Part shown: positions 1 to 12,550 of the stretch, piece after piece
Numbering within the stretch: position 1 is the stretch's first letter
How the letters are laid out: each line of letters begins with the position of its first letter
From: Lama guanicoe
Lineage: Eukaryota
Length of the DNA: 64,000 nucleotides
Assembly: GCA_013239625.1 (NCBI GenBank)
Contig: MU053933.1
Coordinates: 1,304,001-1,368,000 of the forward strand
Direction of reading: 5' to 3'
The notes under the pieces: model-generated
Told to the model about the DNA's origin: nothing
The model's input: only the letters and a program-made list of their open reading frames with translations
Databases searched by the model: none
Made by a program: the position numbers and the translations under genes

Positions 1-770
1 GCCCTTCCCCGCAGGGGCCCCAGGAAGCTGCAGCGTCAGGACAAACCTCCAGTTCTCGGCTGACCCAGCCGCATGCCCCACTCACGGGGAGGCGGGTTCG
101 GAATTGGGAGGAAGACCCTCCCAGCAGGTGCTGTTTGGGGAGGGCCCTCACCTGGTTCTGGTTTGGACGCAGACCAGCTGATGAGCTGAATCACCTGCGC
201 GGTGGCTTTGGGGGCCTGACCACACCGGACCCTCCCACTCCGTCAGAAGGGCCTGTACCCGGCAGCCTCCACCTCCTGGGGCCGCTCCCATGCCGGCCCG
301 GCTTGCACTGGCCCCGGAGCTGGGGAGCGCGGCTCGCCCTCGCTGTCCTTGCAGGTCGTGGAACCCAATGCCCCTTGATGTCATCGCATCCCCCGCTCAC
401 GCCACCTGCGGGGACCTGCTCGCCCCAGCAGACCCAGCAGACCCACCCTGTGTGTGGTTGGAGCGTGGTCTTCGCCCCAGCACGCCAGCTGGGGTGGCTC
501 TGAGGGCCCCTGCAGGGCCACCCGGCTCTCGGGCCCTCCTCTGGCAGCTGGGAGCCTCCCTCCCGCTCCCCTTGGCAGACGGACTGAGTCGCCCGGGCCT
601 TTCTGCCCTTTGCCCGCCAGCCGTGGGGACCCCGGGAACCCAGTCCCCACAGTGATGACAGGGTCTGCCTGACACCTGTGCCTCACTGAGGGGCCCGAGG
701 GCGGGGGCAGGGCGGGTGTGTGTGTGCACATTGCACGTGCCTGTGCACTTGCTCACCCTAAAGTACACGT

Positions 771-822
771 CATACACAACATTGTAAAATGACTGTGACT
801 CAATAAAAAATGTTTAAAAAAA
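771..822 (+). mobile_element. Very short L1 3' tail (cetartiodactyl/camelid-type) with poly(A)
   Basis: acaacattgtaaaatgactgtgactcAATAAAaaatgtttaaaaaaaa resembles the recalled 3' terminus of camelid L1, with a poly(A) signal and A-tail. Confidence 0.55.
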
Positions 823-1560
823 ATACACAGTACTGCATGTGACCCAATTTGATCCCTTTCTGCTACATTTTGTCGAGATTATTCTTCTGGGCTGTCAATT
901 CTAACGTGCGCTGCGCCGTTTCCTGAGCTGCCCTAGCTGCTCCACGGGCTGGTCAGTTTGGGAAACACCGCCACAGCCCAAAGGCTGAGGAGCTCAAGCT
1001 CTTCCAGGTTTGCTGGCCAGTCCATCCTCCCTGACTCCCACACCCCACAGGCAAGAGAGGAGCCCGCTGAGAGGACTCTGAAACTCTCCGGGAGGTTTCT
1101 ATCAACACTGTGGGGGGTGGGGGGCCCAGACAGGCTGCAAGCCCTCGGGCTGTGCGAGGGACACCGGAAGGGGATGCAGAGCCGCCTGGCTGGGTGCCCC
1201 CGCATGCTCGGGGATCAGACCCACCGGGCAAACCCCACAACACCCTCACACCAGAATGCCTGTCCTCTCCTTGACTCCCACGGGTGAGTCTGAGCACCGA
1301 ACAAAGCGTCAACATCTAACAGGAAGCTCTGAATAATGTTGCAGAGGGATGTTAATTACAAGGCGAGAGTCACGCCACCGGGCAGTGGTGACGATCAGAG
1401 CCTTGCAGACGGGCTGTGCTGGGAAGCTGCTTGAGCGTCAGAGGCCACGGCCGGTTTCTTCCTCTGCAAGTGGGGTTCTGATGGCTCCTACCCAAAGGGC
1501 TGAAAGGCTCACAGGGCTGACACGTGGGAAGCTTTGGCACAGTGCATCACGGAGGAAGGG

Positions 1561-1900
1561 GTCACGGGCTGAACTGTGCCTCCCCCCGCCCCCACTGACA
1601 TGGGGAAGCCCTAACCCTCAGTCCCTCAGAATGTGACTGTGGTTGGAGAGAAGGCCTTTAAAGAGGTAGCTAAGTTAAAGTGAAGTTGCACTGGTGGGTT
1701 CTAACCCAAGGTGGTTTGCATCCTTGTAAGAGAGGAGATCAGGACAGAAACACACAGAGAAAAGGCCACATGAGGACATGGAGGGGAGACGGCCGTCCAC
1801 ACGCCAGGGAGAGGGCCCTCGGGAGAAGCCAGCCTGCCCACACCTGGATCCCCAGTCCAGCCTCCAAACTGTGAGAGAATAAATGTCTGTGGTCCGAGCC
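1561..1900 (+). mobile_element. MLT1B-like ERVL-MaLR solo LTR
   Basis: Diagnostic blocks: gggctgaactgtg, ccctaaccctcagtccctcagaatgtgactgt, gcctttaaagaggt, ccttgtaagagaggaga, cagcctccaaactgtgagagaataaatgtctgt. Confidence 0.85.
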
Positions 1901-2651
1901 CGCGGCCTCCAGCCCAGCCCTCCAAGTGGGTCTCAGCAGGCAAGAGCTGCCACCAGCCTCGCTGCTGCAGGGACTCTCTGGTGTGTGAAGCGCACATTTG
2001 AAGATGTGTTTTAGGAAGGTAACTATGAGCCTGCTTTGTTGCTGTTCGTGGCATCCTTTTGGATGTACTAGCGTGCTTCTGTTGCACGGAGCCCTGGGCA
2101 TCGCTGGTCCACGTGGCCAGGCTGGGGGCGTGGGGTCAGACGTCCAGTGGTGGGGGAGGGGCCTCCTCCCAGTTGTCCCTGTGTGTCATTGGACGGCTGG
2201 CTAGCTCGTTTTGGGGTCAGAATTAAGCCAATGCCTTTGCTGGTGGATTCTGTTTGCCTTTGTCCAGGAGTCGGTTACTAAGCATGAACACCGAGGACAC
2301 ACGTTTGGAGGCCCTAAGAGCTGAAGGGCAGAGGGAGGGCCCTGCTCACTCCTGCCAGGGTGAGCGGCCCAGCCTCTACCTCCGTCCATGACGCCTCGAC
2401 ATCCGTGTGGCCTGTCACTTAGCTCCCTCGGCCTGGGAATCCCAGTGAAGCTGCATGTTTTCTCCGGCAGCTGCTGAGCGGAGCGGGGAGCTCTGAGGGG
2501 GAGGCCTGGCCGTGGAGCTGCGCCAAGTATGCGTGAGCCCCGCTGCCCACCCTGGGAGCCCCCGCCGCTGACCGGGAGGACCAGGAGGAGGGGTGGACTG
2601 CACTCGGGTCCCCACGCCCTCCTGCTCACAAGGCCTCACTGTGTCCTTCGT

Positions 2652-2669
2652 CACACACACACACACACA
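2652..2669. repeat. (CA)9 microsatellite
   Basis: Directly visible. Confidence 0.9.
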
Positions 2670-3844
2670 GGGTGGCCGGATGGGGGCATGACCTGCAGCT
2701 AAGTGGTAGGAGGGGAACAGCAGGAAAAGAGGCCTGGCCTGGCCCGGCCCCAGCCCCGGAGAGACCCATCAAAACTCCGCCCAAACCCGCAAGCAGGGGC
2801 CGATCTCCTTTTAGCAAATTAAAGCCAGAAGACACTGAGAAAGTGGTTGAGAACATCCCTAATAGGATTGCCTTCCTGCTGGGAGACTTCCAGAAGGTGA
2901 GCAATGAAAAATTAGGGGATGACATAAGACCAAGGTCCCTCGAGTAAATTCCGGCGGAGGGTCCAGGTCTCCGGGCATGTGTCCGGATGATGAGTGACCA
3001 CTGTTGATTTGGGCTCCTCGGAGGAAGCGCCGGTTGGAGTGAGTGAAGGTCTGAGTTATGGGAGAGCTGACAACAGAGCTGGTTCCAGGGCTCCCAGGGG
3101 TTAGAGCCGCGCGAGGACAGTGGCTCTCTTCCCCAGCAGCACCCGGGGAACCACGGCAGGCTCTGCGACTGACTTGGCACTGTGATTAAGCGTCTGTCTC
3201 CAAGCAGAAAACATGTTCTCAGGAATGTTTGCGAATCCTTATTTGTCTGGTGGCCAGTTCCCCCTGGGCCACCCTGGTCTGGTGGACGGTAGGAATGGCA
3301 GGTGTCATAGGTGTGTGACCCTCAGGGTCTCACCTGGCTCCTCCAGTGTCTCAGAGGGAGCTGCCCCTCCCCGTGCCAGGCAGCCGCCCGGAACACGTTC
3401 TCTTGTCCAGGCCACTTCTGTGCAGCGTCCTCCCTCGGCCGTCCAGGTGGCCCCGTGGCCACCGGCATCAGCCATGACTTGCTGTGACCTTGCTGAGGGC
3501 ACTGCCCATGGCCAGTGGGCTGTGGTCACCCTGTGGTTCCCTCCGGCCCCACCCCTGCTGCTGAACACAGTCCCCAGAGAGCGGAGCTCTGGTTGTTACC
3601 AGGAACCTTCACATTGGGCCACAGCAGTTGCCTTCTCACCCTGTCTAGGCCTGGAAGGGCCCCGTGGAGTGACAGGGACCATGCTCTGTGCTGAGATGCC
3701 ATGTCACAAAGCTCTGAGACGGGGCTGGGTCAGCAGGGAGAGAAGGGGTCCCGGGAGCGAGGCTTCGCCGGCCACCGCCCGCCACGGTACTGGGCTTCCT
3801 GCCGTGGGCAGTGTTTAAACTGATTCTTTCACTTTTGTTTGTTT

Positions 3845-3925
3845 GTCCATTCACTGAATTCAGATGGATGCCAACCCTGTGCCCGGCACTGGGGCTGCAC
3901 CAGGGACCTTGACAGTCTCTGACCT
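3845..3925 (-). mobile_element. L2 3'-end fragment, highly decayed
   Basis: cattcactgaa...ccctgtgcccggcactgggg resembles the reverse-complement L2 tail. Confidence 0.35.
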
Positions 3926-5504
3926 CCCGGGGCTTAGATTCCGGGAGACCACCCACTGGTGCGTGGACAGTCAGTAACGAGGGGGGGGGACGCTGAGTGG
4001 GGCCAGCGAGAGACAGGGTGGGGTGGCAGCCCTCTCGCTGGGTGGTCAGGAGGGCCCTGGGGGCACTTCTGCAAGACCCAATGAGGAGGTGCCCTGGGGC
4101 TGCCCCGGAGCAGAGGGCAGGGCAGGTGTCCAGCTGGACACGAGCTGGGCCAGCGCGACTGCAGGGGTGCGAGCCGGGGGGAGCGGCTGGAGCCGGGTGT
4201 GGGGAGGGGCAGATCCTGTGTGGCCTGTGTGTGCAGAGGGGACCTGACCTCCTCTGTAGCATGGGTGGGGGTCCTGGTGTGTACGTGGGCAGAAGCCTGC
4301 GCCATGAAGGAAGCCCCCAGGGGTGTCCTGGGGGTCTGCAACCCCTCAACACGGTGCACTTGCAGCCCCAGCCAAGTGGTGACTGTCCCCAGCCAGAGAC
4401 AAGCATGCCTTGTCCCAGGCCTGTCCCTGCTGTCTGCGCAGTCATCTCCTCCCGCATCCCTGCTGTGATGACACATGGGGCCCAGGGCGCTCCACTTGCC
4501 CATCAGTCCCTGCCACTGTCCAGCTCCTATGACCTGGGGCTCCTCCCGCCACCTCCTCTTCCCAGTGCCCTTCCCCTTCTGGCAGCTACTGTCCCCTTTT
4601 GTGCCGTGGGGGCAGGAGACTCTTACAAAGCAGTCCCCACCTCCCTTCACAAGAAAAGAACCCAACATCCATTTCGGCCCGAATCCAGGCAGCACCCGGA
4701 GCTGCCGGACTCGCTCTGCCATGACCGTGGCCGTGGCCTCCTCTGTGGTTCTGCAGGACCCACCACGTGGCTCTGCAGCTTCGCAGGTCCTTTGTGAGAA
4801 TCATTGTCTCTGGGGGTTTCATCTGACCTTCTCGAGATGCACAATTTTCCTCCAGGTCCCAAGTCACTGTGTGGACATCTGTGACCTCAGCTGGGATCCC
4901 AGAGCTGAGCCAACCAGAAAGGGGAGCAGCTCATCCCAGACACAGGGGGGTGGGCGACGTTTCCCCAACACTATGTCCAGCTGGGGTGGAGGTGAGGTGT
5001 GTCCATAGGCTGGCCGCTGCCCCTGACACCCGCCTGGACCACCACACAGCACGCCCAGTCACTCCCTGCCCCACGGATGTCCTGGGGCACTTGGTCGGGG
5101 TGAAAGAGGAGAGATGCCAGGATGGCCGTGTCCCAAGAGCAGCAGGAGGGAGCAGGGCGTTTAGGACCGGGCTGCTCCAACCCCAGGCCCAGTGCTCCCG
5201 TGGGAGTTCCCCTGCTGGACCTGTGGTTATAAAGCTCTGTGGCCCTTGTCGGTCTCCTGCAGGCCTGATCTCCAGGAGAAGAAGGGTGGGCTGGGGGCTG
5301 GGGGCTGGGCGGCAGTCAGGTCTGTGCCCCCAGGCCCAGGCCCGCAGGGCTTAGCAAGGGATGAAAGAGCGGGTGGTGGATGACTTGACCCACTGGGAGG
5401 GCTGGGGGAGCCTGTTGGGGAGGGGAGGGGGGCGAACAGAGTCCTGGCCCTGCCTGAGGCCTCCTCCAGGGCCACCTCTGCCAGGACTGGACATACATGA
5501 TGGC

Positions 5505-5946
5505 ATGTCAGTTTCCTGTGGCCGCCGTAACAAAGTCCCACAGGTTGAGTGGCTTAAAATAGCAGATATGTATTCTCTCACCTTTCACAGCTCTGGAGGT
5601 CAGAAGTCTGAAATCAAGGTGTCAGGAGGGCAGTGCTCCTCCTAATGTCCCATGTCCCTCGACAGCTGGTGCTGCCAAAAACCCTCGTCCTCCTTGGCTC
5701 ATAGACGCATCATTCCCAGCACAGCCGCTGCCATGCAGAGCCGCCTCCGCCTGCATGCCTGTCTCCTGTCGTCCTGCAAGGACCCACCCTCCTCCAGTCT
5801 GGCCTCCTCTTAACTAATGACATCCTCAAAGACCCATTTCCCCAGCAGGTCACAGTCAGGGTGCAGAGGTTAGGTTGGGGACAGTCAGGGTACCAAGGTT
5901 AGCGTGTGGGTATATCTTTTGGGGGAACGGAATTCAACCCATGACA
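5505..5946 (-). mobile_element. MLT1 (B/C-like) solo LTR
   Basis: gtaacaaagtcccac...gtggcttaaa...cacagctctggaggtcagaagtctgaaatcaaggtgtcagg...attcaacccatgaca is reverse-orientation MLT1. Confidence 0.8.
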
Positions 5947-8944
5947 GATGACAAAGTGATCCCCTCCCTTTAAAGAGCCAGGCTGGATGGAAACACAGGG
6001 GGCGGGCCACAGAGATGTGGCCTGTGGCTCAGTCCTCACCGCCCGGTCTCCAGGCGTGGCCCAGGCCAGCTGCTGTCATCAGCACCCTGGGGACAGTAAC
6101 GCTGTCCCCTGCTGCACGGCTGTCCTGAGGGTCACCAGGGCTGCCCGTTTCAGTGCCTTTGTGAGGACGCCCCAGCACAGAGACCAGCTCCGGCACCACC
6201 CAGTGGGGACACCTCCCCGCAAACGCTCCCCTGGGAAACTAAGCAGGTGTGAGAGGCTCGCAGCGGGGCTACACGCAAAGTGCATCCTCATCTGTGAGGT
6301 GGACGCAGCAGTGACCGAGTCCCAGCGAGGCTGGGACTGGAGGGGAAGCCTGCGGAGCAGCCAGTGAGTTGTCTGGTGCAGGGCAGGAACGAGTAAGTGC
6401 GGATGAGCGTCATTAATAAAGCTGTGCCGGGGGCTGCACGGCCGCGTGCCATGGCGCAGCTGACCTTGAGCCGAGGCATGTGGGAACCTGACTCCCAGCT
6501 GGGAGGGCACCGCGCGCTTGCTGAGTCCTGGAGGGCTGCACCAGCACCGGCACGTGTCCGCCCCCCAACCCCTGCCCCGGCGCCCTGGTGTTCTCCTGAG
6601 CTGGCGACATCCCCGGGGCTCCCTGACCTTGCTGTCACGGACCAGAACCACACCCTCCAGAACTGGTTCTCCTGAGCCCAGGGCCGGGCAGGGCAGAAAC
6701 TGAACAGGCTGCACCCAGGAATGCAAATGGCCCTGCCCGAGAAAAGGGAAGGCCGTCCAGCCGCAGCCCAGAACTGGCCGCCCCTGCCCGCCCACACAGC
6801 CGGCGCAGGAAGTCCTCCTGCCTCAGGGTCAGCTCTTTCTGCCTTATTTTTGGAGGGGGGCAGGGAGGGGTTGTCCCTTATTAGTGACACCCAGTGCTAA
6901 CTGGGCTCACGGGACAGCTGCTCTGTCCCCCAGCCCCGCAGTCCCCTCTTGTCCATCTGGCCATGGCCCCCATGGTGACCAAGGCCCAGAGCTGGACAAG
7001 CCAGATGGCAAAAGGGCACTGCCAGCTACTCCACCAGGGCTCACAGGGCCACAGTGTGGAAGGTTCCCAGCTACACGGATGCTCCGGGATCCGAGGCCTT
7101 GGGCAGCTCGGACAGGGCTGTGGGAGAGAGGTGAGGACACCGGGGTGGGGGGCAGTCCTTGAAGGAGGAGCACTGCTCTGTCCGCTCCCCAGCCCCCAGG
7201 ACAAGCAGGGCCTCCCTCAGAGGAAGCCGTGGACAGCTGGCCCTGGAAGGACCACGGGTCATCGCAGGAAGGGGAGGCCCCTGGTGTTTCCGGGCAAGAG
7301 GGGCTGGCAGGGCTGATGGGGGAGCCCTGCCCCTGGGCATGGACACCCAGAGGCCCCTGCCCAGGTGTGAGTTTCACAGTGGCCGCCGGGCAGCTGTGGG
7401 GAGAGGCCCTTGCAGGAATCCTGCTGTGGACGGAGCAGCTGTGGCTGGAGTCTGCCGAGCTTGACCGCCACCTCACAGGGGGCCGTCTGTTGCCATCGAG
7501 GGTGGCCTCTGCCTGCTGCTGGCTGGTGAGCGAAGGCTAATAACACAGTTAACGTAGGTCCAGGACCAGGCAATCATCTGTCCCTGTATCAATACGTGTA
7601 TATTGACCTGAAGGAGGACAGTTAAGTGTGTTCAGAATTTGCCTCAAAGCCTCCAGCAGTGCATCTGAGAGCTCTCCTTCCGCCCCTCACCCCCCGCCAC
7701 ATCACCTTCCCCACCCCTGATGGTTACACGCATCCTCACGCACGTCTGAATCAGGAGATGAGACCAGCGTGCTGCAGGTTTTGAAGCACCCACGCATCTT
7801 TATTTCCACCTCCAAATTACTGTTTGCAACATCTAAATGAGACTTTTAAGATGCACTTTGAAACTAAGCTCACTGAAATAGGAAGCTGCCCCTGCTGTGA
7901 TCGCCAGGAGTCCCCACGGACCCTCTCGCCTTCCAGATGTGAGGAAATTCTACAAAGGAAATAACCATATTTCATTTTTCACATCTCACATGCTAGCTTC
8001 TCTTTCACGAGGTGTTAGCACCGTAGAATGATGTTGCAGGCTCTATAAATGTTTACGTCTTCCCCAGGCCTTCCTCTCCCCATCCCTGAGCTGGGGAACA
8101 GCTGTTTCAGGGACTCTGTTTATGAGACAAAGAACCAAATTAAGTGGGTTTGACTGGGAGACAGAGGCACGGCTTTTTCTGGAGTGTCTGAGTCCTTCAG
8201 ATGGCTATACGTCGGGGTCACTGGCACCATGACACTCCACCTTGTCCCTGAGCGCAGGGAGGGGACACCTGCATGAACATGAGGAGGACCGTGTGTGTCC
8301 CCGGGGGCTCTGAGCCCATTTCCCTCTGGTCCAGGCCCACCCTTTGGGAATGAGGCTGGCCTATCCCTGCAGCCGGGAGCTCGGGCTTACGTGCCAGCTG
8401 CCCAACCGCTGCTGGGCCCATCCTGGGGCAGTTGAGGGACACCCAAGCCCAGAAGGACATTCTCCAGGACGGCCACACCTCTTCTTGAAGAGAAGCCCCT
8501 CACTTCCAGCAAAAAGCACCCCATTTCTCAGGGTTTCTCAGGGCAGAGTAGCCTTGGAATGCATGCATTTATGAGTTAAGACCCAAGATTAAGCTCCTGG
8601 TAAGACTGTGGGAAGCAGGTCGGCTTAGTGCCCTGCCGGCGGAGGGAAGACCTGCTGGGAAACGCCGTGGGTCACACGGAACAGACGCGTGAAGCCGGGA
8701 GGCTCCTCGGACCTTCTCTGGTTGGATTCCGCTGGAGCATGCGTGGTGGGGGAGCGGCCGGCCGGGGTGGCGCGTCCCAGCCGCCATGTCACAGACACCA
8801 CGTGTCCTCATTGCAGACTCCATGCCCCGACAGCAGATCCCAGCAGCCATGGCTCTCACCTCGCCAGCTTCCCCTCTTCTCTTTTTTAATTAAAATATCT
8901 TTTTCTAATGATAATTTTCTGTTTCCTTTTAGCAAGTTTAAGAA

Positions 8945-9520
8945 CTGTTTGTTTAATTGTGGTGAAATACGCAATGCAAAATCTCTCATCTTAACCATTT
9001 TTACATGCTCAGCTCCGTGGCACTCAGTCCATTCACGCTGTTGGGCACCCATCACCACCATCGTCTCCAGAATTTCCATCTTCCCAGCAGACACTCTGTC
9101 CCATTAAACACTCACTCCTCCTCCCTCCCCCGGCCCCGGCCCCCCTCTCCTGCTTTCTGTCTCCGTGAGTCTGACTCCTCCAGGGACCTGATGTAAGTGG
9201 ATCAGACAGTGTTTGTCCTTCTGGGTCTGCCCCGCGTCACTGAGCACGACGCCCTCCGGGCTCATCTGTGTGGCAGCCTGTCAGTGTACTCCCTGTTTCA
9301 GGCCGAGTAATAGTCCATGTGTGGCTGGACCACAGAGCTCATCCGCCCGTCTGTCCAGGGACGCCTGGGTTGTCTCTCCCCCAGGCTATTGTGAGCAACG
9401 CCGCTATGAACACAGATGTACAGGTATGAGCTTCAGTTTCTGCTTTCAGTTCTTCTGGATCTATGTCCACAAATGGAATTCCTGAAGGATGTGGTAGTTC
9501 TACACTTGATTTTTTGAGAC
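8945..9520 (-). mobile_element. L1MB-like 3' UTR/ORF2-end fragment
   Basis: ttaattgtggtgaaatac...catcttaaccattttta...catcaccaccatc...ccattaaacactcactcc...ggctattgtgagcaacgccgctatgaaca; typical reverse L1MB 3' end. Confidence 0.8.
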
Positions 9521-10029
9521 TTTAGGGTTTATTTGGAAGTTTCCCTAATATTTTTATAATAATGTCTCACAACTAATATGACAAAAAAATTCTCATTTCT
9601 CATTCTGGGGCCACATCAGGATGATCTGAATACGGTGTAAACGGGCCCGAGTCCAGCTGTGAGGCCAGGCCCTGGGCCTGCGCAGAGGCTGTGGGTGTGT
9701 GTTGGCTCCCCAGGCGGGGGGGACGGGGGCCTCTCAGGAACGGTATTTTCTCAGGGACTGTTCAGAATTACAGCACACGGCAATAGGGGTCGATTTTACT
9801 ATTGTTTTAAAATTCTCCGTGGATAATACATCCTCTAGTTGCCTGCCAAGTGCAAAGAGTCGGGTGCAGAGCAGGGCGTGCCCATGCTTCCCGGGACACA
9901 CACGCCTCCATGGGGCATGCACGCACGCCCGGGGACACACGGAACCCCAAGGGCGCGCAGCGTGCTCCCGGGGACCCACAGAACCTCACGACAGCGGCAT
10001 ATCTACAGCTGGCACGTGGATGTGATGTC

Positions 10030-10440
10030 CCGGGGTCGCTGCTATCCAAGCTCCACACACTAGTGGCTAAGACAACACATTTATTCTTTCATGGTTCTGG
10101 AGGCCAGAAGTCCAAAACCCAAGGAGTCAGCAGGGCCACACTGCCCCTGGCCTCCAGGGGAGGGTACTGTTCTGCCTCTTTCAGCTTCTGGTGGCTCCCG
10201 GCGTCCGTGGCGTGTGGCCGCATCCCTCCAGCCTCTGCTTCCGTCTCCACGCGGCTTCCCCTCCCTGTGTCTGTCGTCCCCTTTCTCTTCTCACCCACGA
10301 ACGCTTGACAGGGCTTGGCCCTCCCCCAGTCCAGGACGGCCTCACCTGGACGTCTGCAAAGACCCCTTTTCCAATGAGGTCACATTTCTGGGCTCTGAGT
10401 GGACGTACCTTTTAGGGGCCACCGTTCCACCCACCACGGT
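10030..10440 (-). mobile_element. MLT1 (C/D-like) solo LTR
   Basis: catttattctttcatggttctggaggccagaagtccaaaa...cagcttctggtggctccc...tctgcaaagacccc...aggtcacatt. Confidence 0.8.
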
Positions 10441-11256
10441 TGGAACCTGAGGAAAGAAAGATAGAGGTGTTGCCTCTGGGATTTCATGCCCTGTCTTAGA
10501 ATGACCGATTCTCAGGATGGTTAGCGCCAAGTGTCTCTGGTGTTGGGGAGGTCTGTGCAGAAGTGTCCAGGCCGCGTGGCTTTCCTGACGGGGGAGGGGC
10601 AGGAGGCGTCCCTGCGGCTCAGGACAGGTGGGGAACCCCAAGACCAGGGACCTCCCCCGGGCACTCTTCTCATTTCGCAGGGTGGAGGCCATCTCTCCTC
10701 AAATGTCTGTACTTATATTCAATCTCTTCTTTTTGTCATGCAAATACTCTTCATTACTTCAAACACTTGCCAATTTCACATTAAGTCATTCATCTCTTAT
10801 TTTAACTGAACTCCAGCTCCGAACGACACACGCACATGCTGCTGGCTGGGGGGCCAGGGGTGAGCAGGTGGGGCGGGCGCCCTCCTCCCTCCCCGCGTGG
10901 TGCCAGGAGCAGCCTGATCCATTTCTGGCCCAGGCCGCACTCCCCCCCTCCCAGCTTTGCCGCACAAAGGGTTTCTGTCACCGCCGGGGCCCCAAGAGTT
11001 TGCATGTTCTGAGAGTTATTCAAGTCACTTCTCCATTCGGAGGGCGTTTCACGTTTCTCCGTGTGGCCCTTGCCCTCCTGACCTCCCTCTGCTCCTCGTT
11101 CGCCTCGAGGACAAGGGTGAGCCAGGCTCCTGCCCCTCCCCGCCCACCTCCACCATCTTCCCCTGATTTCTCCCTGTGTCCTGGCACCAGCCGCTTCGGG
11201 GCTGGAAAGGCACTAGGGGCTTCCACCTCTGTCCTCAGCCTGGACCGTCTATGTAT

Positions 11257-11492
11257 CAGAGGTTCTCAACAGGGTGTTGAGGACGGGGACACGTGGGGGT
11301 GAGGACCTGGATGTGTGGCGATGTCTGCAGACATTTCAGTCGCCTCCACGCGGGGAGGTGCTATTGGCCTCTAGTGGGTGGAGGCCAGGGAGGGTGGAGG
11401 CCAGCGAGGGTGCTGGAGCCTCCTGTGCAGGGCGGCCCCACACCGAGGATTTCCCGGCCCCGAATGTTAGCAGTGCTGGGTGGGAACCCCTG
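11257..11492 (+). mobile_element. MER20 hAT-Charlie DNA transposon (non-autonomous)
   Basis: Termini cagaggttctcaac ... gggaacccctg; internal gatgtctgcagacatt, gctattggcctctagtgggtggaggccaggga. Confidence 0.85.
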
Positions 11493-12023
11493 ACCTGAAC
11501 TACGCCAGACACAGGAGTCAGGGCAGGCGTTAAGGGTCATCAAGCAGCAACCGGTGTGGAGGCTGCCAAGGCCAGAGGACCTTCGTTTGGGGCTTAAGGA
11601 TTGGAATTTGGGAGACACGAGCTTTCCAGGGAAGAGAAAGAGCCAGGGGTTTATAAAGGCGAAAGCCACAAAGCTGTCTGTGCTCTGACAAGTGTTTGTC
11701 CTTCACAGGTGGCTCTCATAGGGTGGGGGTCCCATAGGTGTCCCAAGTGTGTGGCAGGTGTCCTGGACGCCAGCGTTGGACAAGAAGGGGTCCCAGGGTC
11801 AGATTCCATCCCCGTCCTCAGTGGCCTCCCGGCTTCATTTGAGAGACTCTCCGAGCAACAACTCCATTTTGATTTTCCCTCCACAGACGTCGGGGACAGA
11901 CGGTGAATCCTGTCCCCCCTCACCAGGCCTGCGGAGGGACCACCGGAGGACCTGTGAGTGTGTGAGGATGGGTCCATTCTGCGGACCCTCCCACGAGAGA
12001 GCACCTTTGTCCATTATGATGGC

Positions 12024-12550
12024 TGTTGTCGACGAAAATAACCAGCAAACAAGCAATGATTGGAATAGAAAAGTTTTATTTGAGCCAAACTGAGGACCAG
12101 CCCGGAAGCCCGCTTCCCAGGCTCCTCCGAGAACCTGCTCCGGAGAAGCAGGGCTCCCAGCAGTTTTGTATCTTGTCAGAACAAAGAGCATTCAACAAGT
12201 CAGAGTTACATTTTTTCCCAAGGTTTCAAAAAGAAAAAGAAAAAGAAAAAAATAATAACCCAGACCGGCACGGACACGTGCTTCACGTCAAGCGCGGCCT
12301 CGGCACCTGGGCGGGGTCTTACCGTCGAAGGAGGCCCGGCACCGGCGCCCGGGGAGGGGCGCTTCATCTGCGTTTTCAGCACAGACCTTCTTTACTCCTG
12401 GTCAACGTGGCCTTTTCTGTAATAATTAAAGCCGATGGACGGTGCGTGTTTGACGGGCCGCAGACAGGCTGTTTCAGTCAGCATCAGGTTCAAGGGCGCC
12501 CACGCACAAGCCGTAACCACTTCCCTGTATGTGAACAGGTCTCATATCAC
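12024..12550 (-). mobile_element. ERV1-class solo LTR (subfamily unassigned)
   Basis: Starts with TG; contains ttttatttgagccaaactgagga...gaacctgctccggagaagca, a block recalled from laurasiatherian ERV1 LTRs; AATAAA on the minus strand; 3' boundary uncertain. Confidence 0.6.
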
